From Fibrobacteria bacterium (GTDB taxonomy: Bacteria > Fibrobacterota > Fibrobacteria > UBA11236), in the NCBI GenBank assembly GCA_041746255.1, contig JBGTHM010000019.1, positions 32,001 to 96,000 of the forward strand: a stretch of DNA of 64,000 nt. Reading direction: 5' to 3'. The stretch's first letter is position 1; the number at the start of each line of letters is the position of its first letter. A program made the translations under genes and the position numbers. Shown here piece by piece: positions 41,375 to 50,585 of the stretch. The notes beneath the pieces are model-generated. The model was not told where the DNA came from. It saw only the letters and a list, made by a program, of their open reading frames with translations, and ran no database searches.

Positions 41375-42457
41375 TCAAGCGAGAGCCGTACGATAAGATT
41401 CGGCAGTAAGACGTGCCGCTTCGGCCCAAGTATAGCGGCCCCAGAACTCTTCGGGAGGCGGAGGCAAGGGCTTCTCCACCGCATGGACCAAGGCGGACTG
41501 TAACGATTGGATATCGCCCGGTTTGCTATAGTGCGCATGGCGGCCAAGGTATTCGCGGACGAAGCCGCCCTCGGTGGCGACGACTTGCGCGCCTGCCTTA
41601 AGGGCTTCTAAAGCGGAAAGCCCCGTGGTTTCGAAAAAACTCGGTTGTGCGACCACGGCCGCTTCCGAAAACAATTCTATCGCGCGCTCATGGGAAACCA
41701 TTCCCCCGTATTGAATTCGGTCACCGTCCATTAAACCAAAAAATTCGCGTTTATAGGACCGGCCGCCATGCTCAGCGCTTCCAATGAAAATCAGGGAGTA
41801 GTCTTTAATTTTTTCCGCCTCGGCTTGAAAAGCTTTGGCTAGGGCAACTTGGTTTTTATTCGGTTCAATGCGGCCTGCGCAAACGATCAATTTCCGCCGT
41901 TGCTTGGGGGAAATGGGGCCGGTTTCATCCACGCCATTGGGGATTACCGCGAAGGGAGGGCGCACCCAGAGGCCCAGGTCCCGATCCATGGCATCCATTT
42001 CCATCTGGGAGTTGGGCAAAAGGACATCCACTCCCGTTACGACCTCGCGTGCTGCTGCGGTAAAATTCAACGTGCAACGCAAGCTAAAGGCCCTACCACC
42101 AAAAAGGGAATAGTAGACATCGCGAGCAGCGAAATACCGCTCCAGGGGAAAATTTCGAAGTCCAAACCGCCTGGAATAGAGAAGGCGTAAATCCGGGTAA
42201 GGATGCCAAATGGAAGACAGGACGATTTTTTTCCCCGCCTGCTTGGCGCGTTTGAACGTCACATAGGTGTCGGCGAGGTGGTTGAGATTAAAAAGGTGAA
42301 TGATATCGAAGCGGGCTAGCGGGGTGGAGCGGTCCGTCACTTCTACGTGAAAGCCAAGGGCCTCCAGCCCCGAACGGGTTTTCTCCAATTGAACCCAATC
42401 ACCATGGGCTTTACGATTTCGTACCGGGTGATTGAACATTAAGATATTTGCGGCCAT
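41375..42457 (-). CDS. Glycosyltransferase family 4
   Basis: GD.VQLEKT, LLPNS..E, GRIEPNKNQ, PSFFETTGLSALEA. Confidence 0.92.
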   Translation of the reverse strand: MAANILMFNHPVRNRKAHGDWVQLEKTRSGLEALGFHVEVTDRSTPLARFDIIHLFNLNHLADTYVTFKRAKQAGKKIVLSSIWHPYPDLRLLYSRRFGLRNFPLERYFAARDVYYSLFGGRAFSLRCTLNFTAAAREVVTGVDVLLPNSQMEMDAMDRDLGLWVRPPFAVIPNGVDETGPISPKQRRKLIVCAGRIEPNKNQVALAKAFQAEAEKIKDYSLIFIGSAEHGGRSYKREFFGLMDGDRIQYGGMVSHERAIELFSEAAVVAQPSFFETTGLSALEALKAGAQVVATEGGFVREYLGRHAHYSKPGDIQSLQSALVHAVEKPLPPPPEEFWGRYTWAEAARLTAESYRTALA

Positions 42458-42645
42458 GTGACGAGTAATTTAGAATACCACGGTGAATTAGGCCGGAAAA
42501 AGAAGTCCCAATTATTTTGGATTTATGGTTATTTAAAGAGCTGGAGACGGGAATTCGAATAAAAGAGTTCTTATCTTGGGTTCGTGCAGTTTCAACTAAA
42601 CTATTTCTGAATGCTTTTTAAAAATAAATACAATGGTTCAAGAGC

Positions 42646-43470
42646 ATGATTATATCGGAACATTCCATTCAGGATTTCTCCACCCAAATCGCCGCTCGAT
42701 TTAGCAGGGAGGCAAAGGCCTTAAGTGAATTTTGGAATAATTCTAAGCCGGTGCGTCATCTGGTTATCGATGACCTTCTGCCGATAGAATGGGCGAAAAA
42801 AATTGCTGCGAGCTTTCCGAAAATGGACCAACTCCGGCGCTATGAGAGTCGGAAGGAATATAAAGGCGTTGGAGTGGCGATGGATGAATATGCGCCTATC
42901 TTGAAAGCGATCACTTTTGCCTTTCAGGATCCGAAGGTCCTTGATGCGGTTATGGAGGTTACACAAATCGGTCGTTTACAGGCGGATGCCAATCTCTATA
43001 GCAGTGGGCTTAGCGCCATGGGGGAGGGCGATTTTCTTAATCCACATATTGACAACTCAGGCAACCCTTTGTTGCAACAATATCGCCGGATAAACGCGCT
43101 TTATTATGTAACGCCTGAGTGGAATCCCGATTGGGGAGGAAGTTTGGAGCTTTGGGATGCGAATCGTTCCAATCCAATCGTACTTCCAGCCCGATTCAAT
43201 CGACTCATTCTCATGAATACCAACCGTACATCGTTCCATTCCGTGAGCGCCATTAGGAGTTGCCAGGGTAAGACCCGGAATTGTGTCTCAAATTATTATT
43301 TCTCGCCGGAGTCGCCCGAAGGATACGAGTATTTCCATGTAACCTCGTTCCGTGGCCGACCGGAGCAACCGCTTCTCGATTCATGGCTTAGGATGGATGC
43401 AAGTGTACGGGGATTATATCGGCGCTTTTTCCCTCGTAAAGCGGAAGCTATCAAGCATAAATACCAATAA
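42646..43470 (+). CDS. 2OG-Fe(II) oxygenase (prolyl-hydroxylase-like)
   Basis: HIDN (HxD), WGGSLELWD, FNRL, SFHSV (His), distal Arg (TRNC). Confidence 0.88.
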   Translation: MIISEHSIQDFSTQIAARFSREAKALSEFWNNSKPVRHLVIDDLLPIEWAKKIAASFPKMDQLRRYESRKEYKGVGVAMDEYAPILKAITFAFQDPKVLDAVMEVTQIGRLQADANLYSSGLSAMGEGDFLNPHIDNSGNPLLQQYRRINALYYVTPEWNPDWGGSLELWDANRSNPIVLPARFNRLILMNTNRTSFHSVSAIRSCQGKTRNCVSNYYFSPESPEGYEYFHVTSFRGRPEQPLLDSWLRMDASVRGLYRRFFPRKAEAIKHKYQ

Positions 43471-43555
43471 CCGCCAATTTGTATTCAAAATACGTCCTTT
43501 ATTTATCCCGATTGAAAAGTTGTCTTCGGAAGCGACGACACTGATCCGGATGGGA

Positions 43556-45196
43556 TTATTCCACCGGACTTTTGAATCGTCCCAAGGCATCCATAAACCT
43601 TTGGCCGAAATCGGAATTCGGGTTTTGGAAATGCGGCGAGGCAAAGTGCCCATGGGAGCGGGGAGAGAGAACAGCGGACATGGGGCCTCGAAGCGAGGCA
43701 GGGGGCGACGGCGCCGGTATGGATGTCCATTCTCCGGATGCCCATTTGAGAAGGCGGTTGTCGCGCGTGCCGAACCAATAGTTTCCTATTGCGTCGCGCG
43801 TTACGGATGTTATGGAGCCTTCCGGTGAGGAAAAAGTCTGCCAGTCGTCTTTCCCATCGAAGCGAACCAGACCTTTGTCCGTGGCTATCCAGAACAGCTT
43901 TTCGGCAGCATCGAAATACACACTCCAAATTTTATTGCTGGGCAGCGGCGAATTTGCATGATGGTAGGACTGTACATGGCTTAACGAGCTATCCCGACGC
44001 ATTAGCGTCAGCCCTTGCCTGGAGAAAATCTCCTCGCATTCGTAATAAATTCCAAACTCCATGCCAAAGGAGCCCGCCAGAACCGTGCCGTCCATGCCGA
44101 ATGCCAGCCCGCTAACCGAACCCAGGTTGAGTTGATCCACGGGGAAAAAATGCCATTGGTTTTGGAAATAGTAACCGAAGTTACTAAGGGATCCCACCCA
44201 TAGGGCTCCATCCGGTGCGGCCTCCAGAAAAATCGGCAGCGTCCAATCCGGTTTTGGGTCGCCGAGAGGGTGCGCGATGGCGGAATCACCGAAGCCCTCG
44301 ACCAGCCCGCTTTCATGCGAAAAAGTCCAGATTTCCCCATTGGCGTCCGTAGTGAATAATTCGGTGGAAGGGAGCGGCGATGTGAACCCACTATTCGCCG
44401 AATACACCTTTCTCTGGACTTCGACCCAGGTGTTATCATGGGAAAACCCGATGCGGGTGGCACGTTTATCACCATTCCATGTGAGTAGCTGGGGGTGGAC
44501 TTTCCAATTCCCCTTGTCGAGCTGCGCCAGTCCGCCATGAAAGGAGCCTATCCAAATATTTCCGGCGGGATCAGCTGCTACGGTCCGGATATCCTTGAAA
44601 GCATCAGACCGCCAGTCGGGATTTTTCTCCGGACAGTATGCTGGCTGTATCATCGCGCACTCGTCCAGGGTCAGGCCGTATTGGTTCGCCCAGGCGGAAA
44701 GCTCCGGCCAATCGATTTCAGGAATGTAGGCCAAGTTGTTCCAGTCTCGAATGGCCATGGCCAAATCCCTCCGGCCGGAGCGGATGAGCAGGTAGCCCAC
44801 GGCACAGGGAATGTCTTGAGCATCCATGAAAATAGGCCCGGTGTTTTTGCGCTGGCCGATGTTGCGCGGGAACTGCCCTTGCTCTCGGTATTCATCGAGC
44901 CACTGCAGGATTTGCGCACGGTTCGCCTGTTGCGATGCAGTCAGGGATTTATTCCCGCCGACCGACAGTGTTTCCTGAACCTGTGCCAAATGCTTGCGTA
45001 TCCGCAATTTCTCGGGAAGCGTAAAGTCGGCCTCCCTTTCATAAAGACTTCGGGTGACTGTTGGTTGGCAAGCGCAGGCTTGGGAAGGGATCCCTGATCC
45101 CGAAGTAAAAGCGGCGGATAGGGGTTGGGCCACAAAGCCCAGGATACCCATGAAACACAGACGAGGAATCCAGTATTCCCATTGGCCTACAGACAT
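43556..45196 (-). CDS. Secreted protein: uncharacterised N-terminal domain + regulator-type propeller + short DALGR tail
   Basis: Signal peptide; FPRN...PIFMD...CAVGYL...IQPAY; GNIWIG, GALWVG, NSPLPSN, WIATDKGL; ends DALGRFKSPVE; GGAGG RBS. Confidence 0.8.
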   Translation of the reverse strand: MSVGQWEYWIPRLCFMGILGFVAQPLSAAFTSGSGIPSQACACQPTVTRSLYEREADFTLPEKLRIRKHLAQVQETLSVGGNKSLTASQQANRAQILQWLDEYREQGQFPRNIGQRKNTGPIFMDAQDIPCAVGYLLIRSGRRDLAMAIRDWNNLAYIPEIDWPELSAWANQYGLTLDECAMIQPAYCPEKNPDWRSDAFKDIRTVAADPAGNIWIGSFHGGLAQLDKGNWKVHPQLLTWNGDKRATRIGFSHDNTWVEVQRKVYSANSGFTSPLPSTELFTTDANGEIWTFSHESGLVEGFGDSAIAHPLGDPKPDWTLPIFLEAAPDGALWVGSLSNFGYYFQNQWHFFPVDQLNLGSVSGLAFGMDGTVLAGSFGMEFGIYYECEEIFSRQGLTLMRRDSSLSHVQSYHHANSPLPSNKIWSVYFDAAEKLFWIATDKGLVRFDGKDDWQTFSSPEGSITSVTRDAIGNYWFGTRDNRLLKWASGEWTSIPAPSPPASLRGPMSAVLSPRSHGHFASPHFQNPNSDFGQRFMDALGRFKSPVE

Positions 45197-45326
45197 AGTT
45201 CCTCCTCCGCTATGATTGATTATGCGGCTCGGGCAGTAGAGACTCCATTAATAGTAGGTAAAGATTCCAATTTGTGCTGGAAGTAATGTATCGCCCGAGA
45301 ATGGAGCGAAATCCGGAAAAAATCCG

Positions 45327-45641
45327 TCAGGGTATCGGCAGGGAAGCGGTTTTCAACGACTCCAGAGAGCTGTACACCTTCATCCAGGCATGGTTATCCA
45401 TATCGCTCACATACAGGCTCATCACCGCGCCCAGCAACATCATATAAACCAGGCGCTTATTCCTATTTATGGAAGTTCTCAACACGGGCACTGGCCGACT
45501 CCCGCCCCTCTCTACGAAAATGGTTTGGGGCATTTTGCGCACCACCCGGCCCCGGCTTTGGTTGCGGGCCAATTTCCGGGACATTTTGCGCAGCTTGGCG
45601 ATGCGCATGGCGTTTTCTTCACTGTTTTCGTGTAGGTACAT
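45327..45641 (-). CDS. Small basic hypothetical membrane protein
   Basis: Arg/Lys-rich N-half followed by one hydrophobic segment (LVYMMLLGAVMSLYV). Confidence 0.5.
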   Translation of the reverse strand: MYLHENSEENAMRIAKLRKMSRKLARNQSRGRVVRKMPQTIFVERGGSRPVPVLRTSINRNKRLVYMMLLGAVMSLYVSDMDNHAWMKVYSSLESLKTASLPIP

Positions 45642-45763
45642 GGTGTTTTGGCTTTGGGGTGAATTGGCTACATTTCTCCGATGAATTGATTCTAGCGCCG
45701 AGGGAAGGTGAAGTCAATGTCGGGAAAACCTTGAGGCGCTTGAGAAATGACTCAAAAAAGGGG

Positions 45764-45800
45764 TTGAGACACCCCTAAACATACCGTATAAGTAGGATTA
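45764..45800 (+). promoter_or_regulatory. Sigma70-like promoter overlapped by an Rrf2-type operator (site 1)
   Basis: TTGAGA (45764-69)-N17-TATAAG (45787-92); AAACATAC-N7-GTAGGATTA at 45777-45800. Confidence 0.55.
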
Positions 45801-45896
45801 ACTGGGGAGGTTAAAGGGTCCCCAAAGCGTTGTTTCCCCTGTTTAAATAGCGGTAAGTTGTTATCTTCCTGAATCTGTCTGCGAATAAAAGGTTTG

Positions 45897-45920
45897 TAAC
45901 CTACAAGGATAATAGGATTA
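45897..45920 (+). promoter_or_regulatory. Rrf2-type operator (site 2) over the RBS/start of the reductase
   Basis: TAACCTAC-N7-ATAGGATTA, same dyad as site 1, 120 bp downstream. Confidence 0.55.
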
Positions 45921-48235
45921 TGGAGCAGCTCGACATCGTGACTTCCGAAAGCGCCCGTCTGTGGAAAAGCCGTCTGACGGGGAAAATGCCTGCGGATTGG
46001 GAAAAGGATATCGATAATTTCGAAACCGACATCCTGCTCAAAAAGAAGGGCAAGATGGAGGACAAGCTTTTCGCCGAAACGCGGCTGCGCATGGGAGCGT
46101 ATGGCCAGCGTTACGACAATGCCCGTCGTCACGATGGAAAAACCGATAGGGCCATTCCCTTCAATGCCATGACCAAGGGCCCGGGTACCTCTTGGGATGC
46201 TCCGGGCATGGAGCGCATCAAGCTGCCCTGGGGCGGCTTTACCACCGAGCAGCTCGAAGTCATGGCCGACCTGGCGGAAGAATACAGCGACAGTATCTTG
46301 CATGTTACTACCCGTCAAGACATCCAGTTGCATTATGTGCATATCGAAAACACGCCCTCCATGTTCCGTCGCCTCGCCGCCGTGGGAATCACCACCCGCG
46401 AAGCTTGCGGCAATTCCGTCCGTAACGTCACCGCCTGCCCTCTGACCGGGGTATGCCGCGACCAGGCTTTCGACGTCACCCCCTATGCCGACGCCGTGTT
46501 CCGCTTCTTGCTGGGACATCCCGACGTGCAGGATTTCGGACGCAAATTCAAAATCGCCCTGTCCGGTTGTAAAACCAACCCCTGCGGTTTGACCAATATC
46601 CACGACCTAGGCCTTATCGCGGCCACGCGCGTTGAGAACGGCCAAGTGCGCCGCGGATTCGAGTTCTACGTGGGCGGTGGATTGGGCGCCGTGACCTATA
46701 GCGCCAAATTGTTCAGCGATTTCGTTCCCGAAGAAGAAGTACTTCCCTTGTCGCAGGCGGTTTGCCGCGTTTACGCGCGCCTGGGCGAAAAGAAAAAGCG
46801 TCACCGTTCCCGCATCAAGTTTCTGGTGGCCGATATGGGCATCGAGAAATTCCGGGAGGCGGTTTTGGAAGAGCGGGCCAAGCTCCCTTCCGATCCGCGC
46901 TGGACGGAATTTTTGGCGACCCTGGATAAATTCGAAGAAGCGCCTTTGAAACCGGAGGGGAAAACCGTTTCTCCGGTCGCCGACGAAGCTTTCGATTTCT
47001 GGAAAAAGACCAACGTTTATCAACAAAGGCAGCCGGGTTACGTAGTCGTTACCGTAACCTGCCCGCTCGGAGATATCACTTCCAACCAGGCGCGCGGCCT
47101 AGCCGACATCGCCCGCAAATACGTGAAAGATACCCTGCGCACCACCGTGGAACAGAATTTGGTTCTCCGTTGGGTTAGCGAAGCCGATTTATACAACCTT
47201 TATCTCGACTTGAAAAAAGTCAATCTCGCGGAACCCGGCGCCGAGTCGATTCTCGACGTGACGGCTTGCCCCGGCACCGACACTTGCAAGCTGGGCATCT
47301 CCTCTTCGCGCGGTTTGGCCGGAGTGCTGCGGAACCGTTTGGCGGAAAAAGCCTATAGCATGGACGAGGCCGTACGTAACTTGCGTATCAAAGTTTCGGG
47401 ATGCTTCAACTCTTGCAGCCAACAGCATGTAGCGGACATCGGATTTTACGGCATCAGCCGTAACGTGGGCGGATATGTCGTTCCCCATTTTCAGATGGTG
47501 TTGGGCGGACAGTTCGCCAACAACGGCGCCAATTACGGCATCGCCGTGGGCGGCCTTCCCTCCAAGTCGATACCCGACGCGGTGGACAGGCTGACGGGGG
47601 TTTATTTGAAAGAACGCCAGAACGGCGAGAACTTCCGGAGCTATGTCGAGCGCGTGGGCAAATCCACATTGATGACCATGGTCAAGGATTTGACGACGGT
47701 TCCTCCTTATGAATCGGACAAATCCTTCTATGTGGATTGGGGCGATGTGCGCGAGTATTCCGTGCGTGATAAAGGCATCGGTGAATGCGCGGGCGAATTG
47801 GTGAGCCTCACCGAATTCGGCCTCAAAGCCGCCGACCGCGAAATTTTCGAAGCCCAGGTAATGCTGGATAAGGGTGAACCCGTGCAGGCCGCCGATTTGG
47901 CCTACCGGGCCATGGTGCTGGCCGCCCAGGGCTTAATCAAGTCTTACAATATCGATGCTACGGATGAACCCGAATGGGTGCAAAAGGAGTTTCGGGAAAA
48001 GTTCTACGATACCGAACTCTTCCATGATCCTTTCGCAGGCCCCAAATTCGCACAGTATTATTTTCACGCCCATGAAAAAAGGGGAGCGAAAGTCGACAGT
48101 GAAGAGGCGGATAGACGGGTACAGGAGGCGGGCCTTTTCATCGAAGCCGCGCATAGCTGCTATTTGCGCATGGAAAAAGCCAAAGGCCAGAAGGACAACC
48201 TGCTTTCAAAGGCCCCCGAAGGGGAGAAAGCCTAG
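45920..48235 (+). CDS. Siroheme-[4Fe-4S] sulfite/nitrite reductase with extra C-terminal domain
   Basis: HVTTRQDIQLH, EACGNSVRNV, RKFKIA, ACPGTDTC...SGCFNSC cluster-binding motif; about 140-aa helical extension after GIGECAG. Confidence 0.92.
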   Translation: MEQLDIVTSESARLWKSRLTGKMPADWEKDIDNFETDILLKKKGKMEDKLFAETRLRMGAYGQRYDNARRHDGKTDRAIPFNAMTKGPGTSWDAPGMERIKLPWGGFTTEQLEVMADLAEEYSDSILHVTTRQDIQLHYVHIENTPSMFRRLAAVGITTREACGNSVRNVTACPLTGVCRDQAFDVTPYADAVFRFLLGHPDVQDFGRKFKIALSGCKTNPCGLTNIHDLGLIAATRVENGQVRRGFEFYVGGGLGAVTYSAKLFSDFVPEEEVLPLSQAVCRVYARLGEKKKRHRSRIKFLVADMGIEKFREAVLEERAKLPSDPRWTEFLATLDKFEEAPLKPEGKTVSPVADEAFDFWKKTNVYQQRQPGYVVVTVTCPLGDITSNQARGLADIARKYVKDTLRTTVEQNLVLRWVSEADLYNLYLDLKKVNLAEPGAESILDVTACPGTDTCKLGISSSRGLAGVLRNRLAEKAYSMDEAVRNLRIKVSGCFNSCSQQHVADIGFYGISRNVGGYVVPHFQMVLGGQFANNGANYGIAVGGLPSKSIPDAVDRLTGVYLKERQNGENFRSYVERVGKSTLMTMVKDLTTVPPYESDKSFYVDWGDVREYSVRDKGIGECAGELVSLTEFGLKAADREIFEAQVMLDKGEPVQAADLAYRAMVLAAQGLIKSYNIDATDEPEWVQKEFREKFYDTELFHDPFAGPKFAQYYFHAHEKRGAKVDSEEADRRVQEAGLFIEAAHSCYLRMEKAKGQKDNLLSKAPEGEKA

Positions 48236-48278
48236 CATTTTACCGGGGGATGTTCTCCGGTACAAGGGATAGAGAAAA

Positions 48279-48872
48279 ATGGTGGACATGCTCATCGAAA
48301 ACATCAATTGGAAAATCTTCCTGGAAAACCCGAAAGCCGCGAGCCCCGAGCATTTGTTCCGGGTATTCAATGGCTGGATCCCCGACAGCCCGGAAATCTT
48401 TATCGACGTGGCCGATTACCAGCATGTCGGCGACGGCCCCCTGGTGTTGCTTTCCGGCCATTATGTGAATTATGTGCTGGATTCCATGGAAGGCGACTTG
48501 GGACTGCTTTACGATAGACGCCAACCTTATGAGGCGTCCTTGAATACCGTCGAGCGGCTTAGGGATTCGTTGCGGGATACGCTGTTGGCCGCCAAGCGCT
48601 TGGCGGACGACGCATCCTTCCAGGAAAAGCTACGGTTTTCCACCGGTACACTTCGTCTGATTCTGAACAACCGCGCCCTTACGCCCAATACTCCGGAAAC
48701 ATTCGCGGCTTTACAGCCGCATCTGAATCAGGCGCTGGAAACCGTATTTGGGCCGGGTGGGTTTTCCCTCGAGTACAGTCAGGGAGATGCGCGTCGCCGT
48801 CTTACCGTCACGGTTAAATCCAAAAGCGCCCCCTCGCTGGAAAAGGCCATAGCCGCACTTCCGGCAAAATAG
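48279..48872 (+). CDS. Uncharacterised protein downstream of the reductase
   Basis: 197-aa ORF with host-like codon usage; IDVADYQHV..GP...L.GH...LGLLY.R. Confidence 0.8.
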   Translation: MVDMLIENINWKIFLENPKAASPEHLFRVFNGWIPDSPEIFIDVADYQHVGDGPLVLLSGHYVNYVLDSMEGDLGLLYDRRQPYEASLNTVERLRDSLRDTLLAAKRLADDASFQEKLRFSTGTLRLILNNRALTPNTPETFAALQPHLNQALETVFGPGGFSLEYSQGDARRRLTVTVKSKSAPSLEKAIAALPAK

Positions 48873-49015
48873 CGTCACGGTTAAACCGACAATTAAAGAA
48901 ATTCAAGATTCTTCTTTTTCCGGAATATATATTTAGACCGGTCCAGCCTGAGACTTTTCCAAACGGCTATCCTGCCTTTAGGAAACAGGAAGACATTCGT
49001 GAAAAAGGAAGTTTT

Positions 49016-49339
49016 ATGAATATCTATGTCAGCAATCTCCCCTACCAAACCACCGATGATGAATTGATGCGGACTTTCCAGTCCTTTGGTGAAGTCAATT
49101 CGGCCCGGGTAATCAAGGATAAGATATCCGGCCGATCGCGTGGCTTCGGGTTCGTCGAAATGGCGAATGAAAGCGAAGCGCAAGCAGCGCTCGACAGCGT
49201 CAATGAAATGGAATTGGATGGTCGCAAATTAAACGCCCGCGAGGCGAGACCCCGTTCCGAAGAAGCGGGTTTTCGCAACGACTCTTCTCCCAAAAGAGAA
49301 GGTCGACCTTCGCGGGACGCCATCCGCTCGAATTACTAA
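49016..49339 (+). CDS. RRM RNA-binding protein
   Basis: RNP2 IYVSNL, RNP1 RGFGFVEM. Confidence 0.96.
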   Translation: MNIYVSNLPYQTTDDELMRTFQSFGEVNSARVIKDKISGRSRGFGFVEMANESEAQAALDSVNEMELDGRKLNAREARPRSEEAGFRNDSSPKREGRPSRDAIRSNY

Positions 49340-49422
49340 AGCGAATGGGTTGATTACGGGCTTTGGGGTTCGGTCGCATTGGCCGGAGAGCTCATTTCAT
49401 TTACCTTTGAGGGCAATTCACC

Positions 49423-50583
49423 ATGCCCGATAATTCCAATAATGCCGCATTTTTCGTCTCCTGTCCTCGCAATTTGGAGACAATGCTGGTGGAGGAGTTC
49501 CATGAGCTGGGGCTGCCTAAACCCGAATTGCGCCGACTGGGAGTCGCCGCTCGTCTGACCCAGGAACAGGTGTACCGGCTGGTCTATGGTTCGCGCCTGG
49601 CTTCGCGCGTTTTGCGCCCCATGGCCAGCTTTCCCTGCCGCACCCCAGAGGAGCTCTATGAGCGGGCGGTGGCATTGGAATGGCAGAAAATCATTCGACC
49701 GGATCTCACCTTTATGATCACGGCATCCGTTTCCGATTCCCACATCAGTCATAGCCAATATGCGGGGCTGAAACTCAAGGATGCCATCGTGGACGCGATG
49801 CGCGCGAAGATGGGGCGGCGCTCTTCGGTAAACCGCGACAACCCCGATGTGCGCATCGATTTAATGGTGAACGCCAATCGCGCCACCATTTCACTTTATT
49901 ATTCGGATGGCGTTATGCACAGGCGGGGTTATCGCAAACAGGCGGCCCCGGCGACGCTGAAAGAAAATTTGGCCGCAGCCGTAATTCGCTTCGCCGGTTG
50001 GAAAGGACAAGCGCCTTTATACGACCCTTTTTGCGGAAGCGGTACGATTCTCCTGGAAGCGGCCATGGTGTATACCCGCACTCCCGCGGGATTTTTCCGG
50101 GACAAACAGGGATTCGAAACCCTGCTCGATTTTTCGCCGGAACTTTGGGAGCAGGTTAAAAAAGCCAGGGACGCCGGTATTCGCCCCTTGCCGGAAGGCT
50201 TATTACATGGGTTCGATTTGGATGCCAAAGCCGTATCCGCCGCCACCACCAACTTGACCCTTACCCCGTATTTCAATTCGGTGCGAATATTGCAATCCGA
50301 CTATCGGGCGATTACGGGAGTTTTACCGGAAAGTTTTATTATCAGCAACCCTCCCTATGGCGAACGCATGGGACCGAAGGAAGAGAGTCAAAAAGCCTGG
50401 TTCTTTGAATCGTTAGGCCGGTTTATAAAAGAAAAAGCGCCGGCATCGCGAAGCGTCTTTCTCTTACCCGAAGAGAGATGGGCGAAAACCATGGGATTGC
50501 AAACAGGGAAAAAACTGATAATCGACAACGGACCACTTGAAATTTGTGTGCAGGAATTTTTGCCGTCACATAAGGAATCTTAA
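49423..50583 (+). CDS. THUMP-domain rRNA m2G methyltransferase (RlmL/YpsC-like)
   Basis: SRLASRVL, HRRGYR, LKENLAAA, DPFCGSGT, SNPPYGER. Confidence 0.9.
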   Translation: MPDNSNNAAFFVSCPRNLETMLVEEFHELGLPKPELRRLGVAARLTQEQVYRLVYGSRLASRVLRPMASFPCRTPEELYERAVALEWQKIIRPDLTFMITASVSDSHISHSQYAGLKLKDAIVDAMRAKMGRRSSVNRDNPDVRIDLMVNANRATISLYYSDGVMHRRGYRKQAAPATLKENLAAAVIRFAGWKGQAPLYDPFCGSGTILLEAAMVYTRTPAGFFRDKQGFETLLDFSPELWEQVKKARDAGIRPLPEGLLHGFDLDAKAVSAATTNLTLTPYFNSVRILQSDYRAITGVLPESFIISNPPYGERMGPKEESQKAWFFESLGRFIKEKAPASRSVFLLPEERWAKTMGLQTGKKLIIDNGPLEICVQEFLPSHKES

Positions 50584-50585
50584 AC

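Noticed and set aside
48806..48885. 13-bp direct repeat CGTCACGGTTAAA at 48806 and 48873
   Set aside because: Only two short copies, one inside a CDS; no integrase or array; chance or a small local duplication
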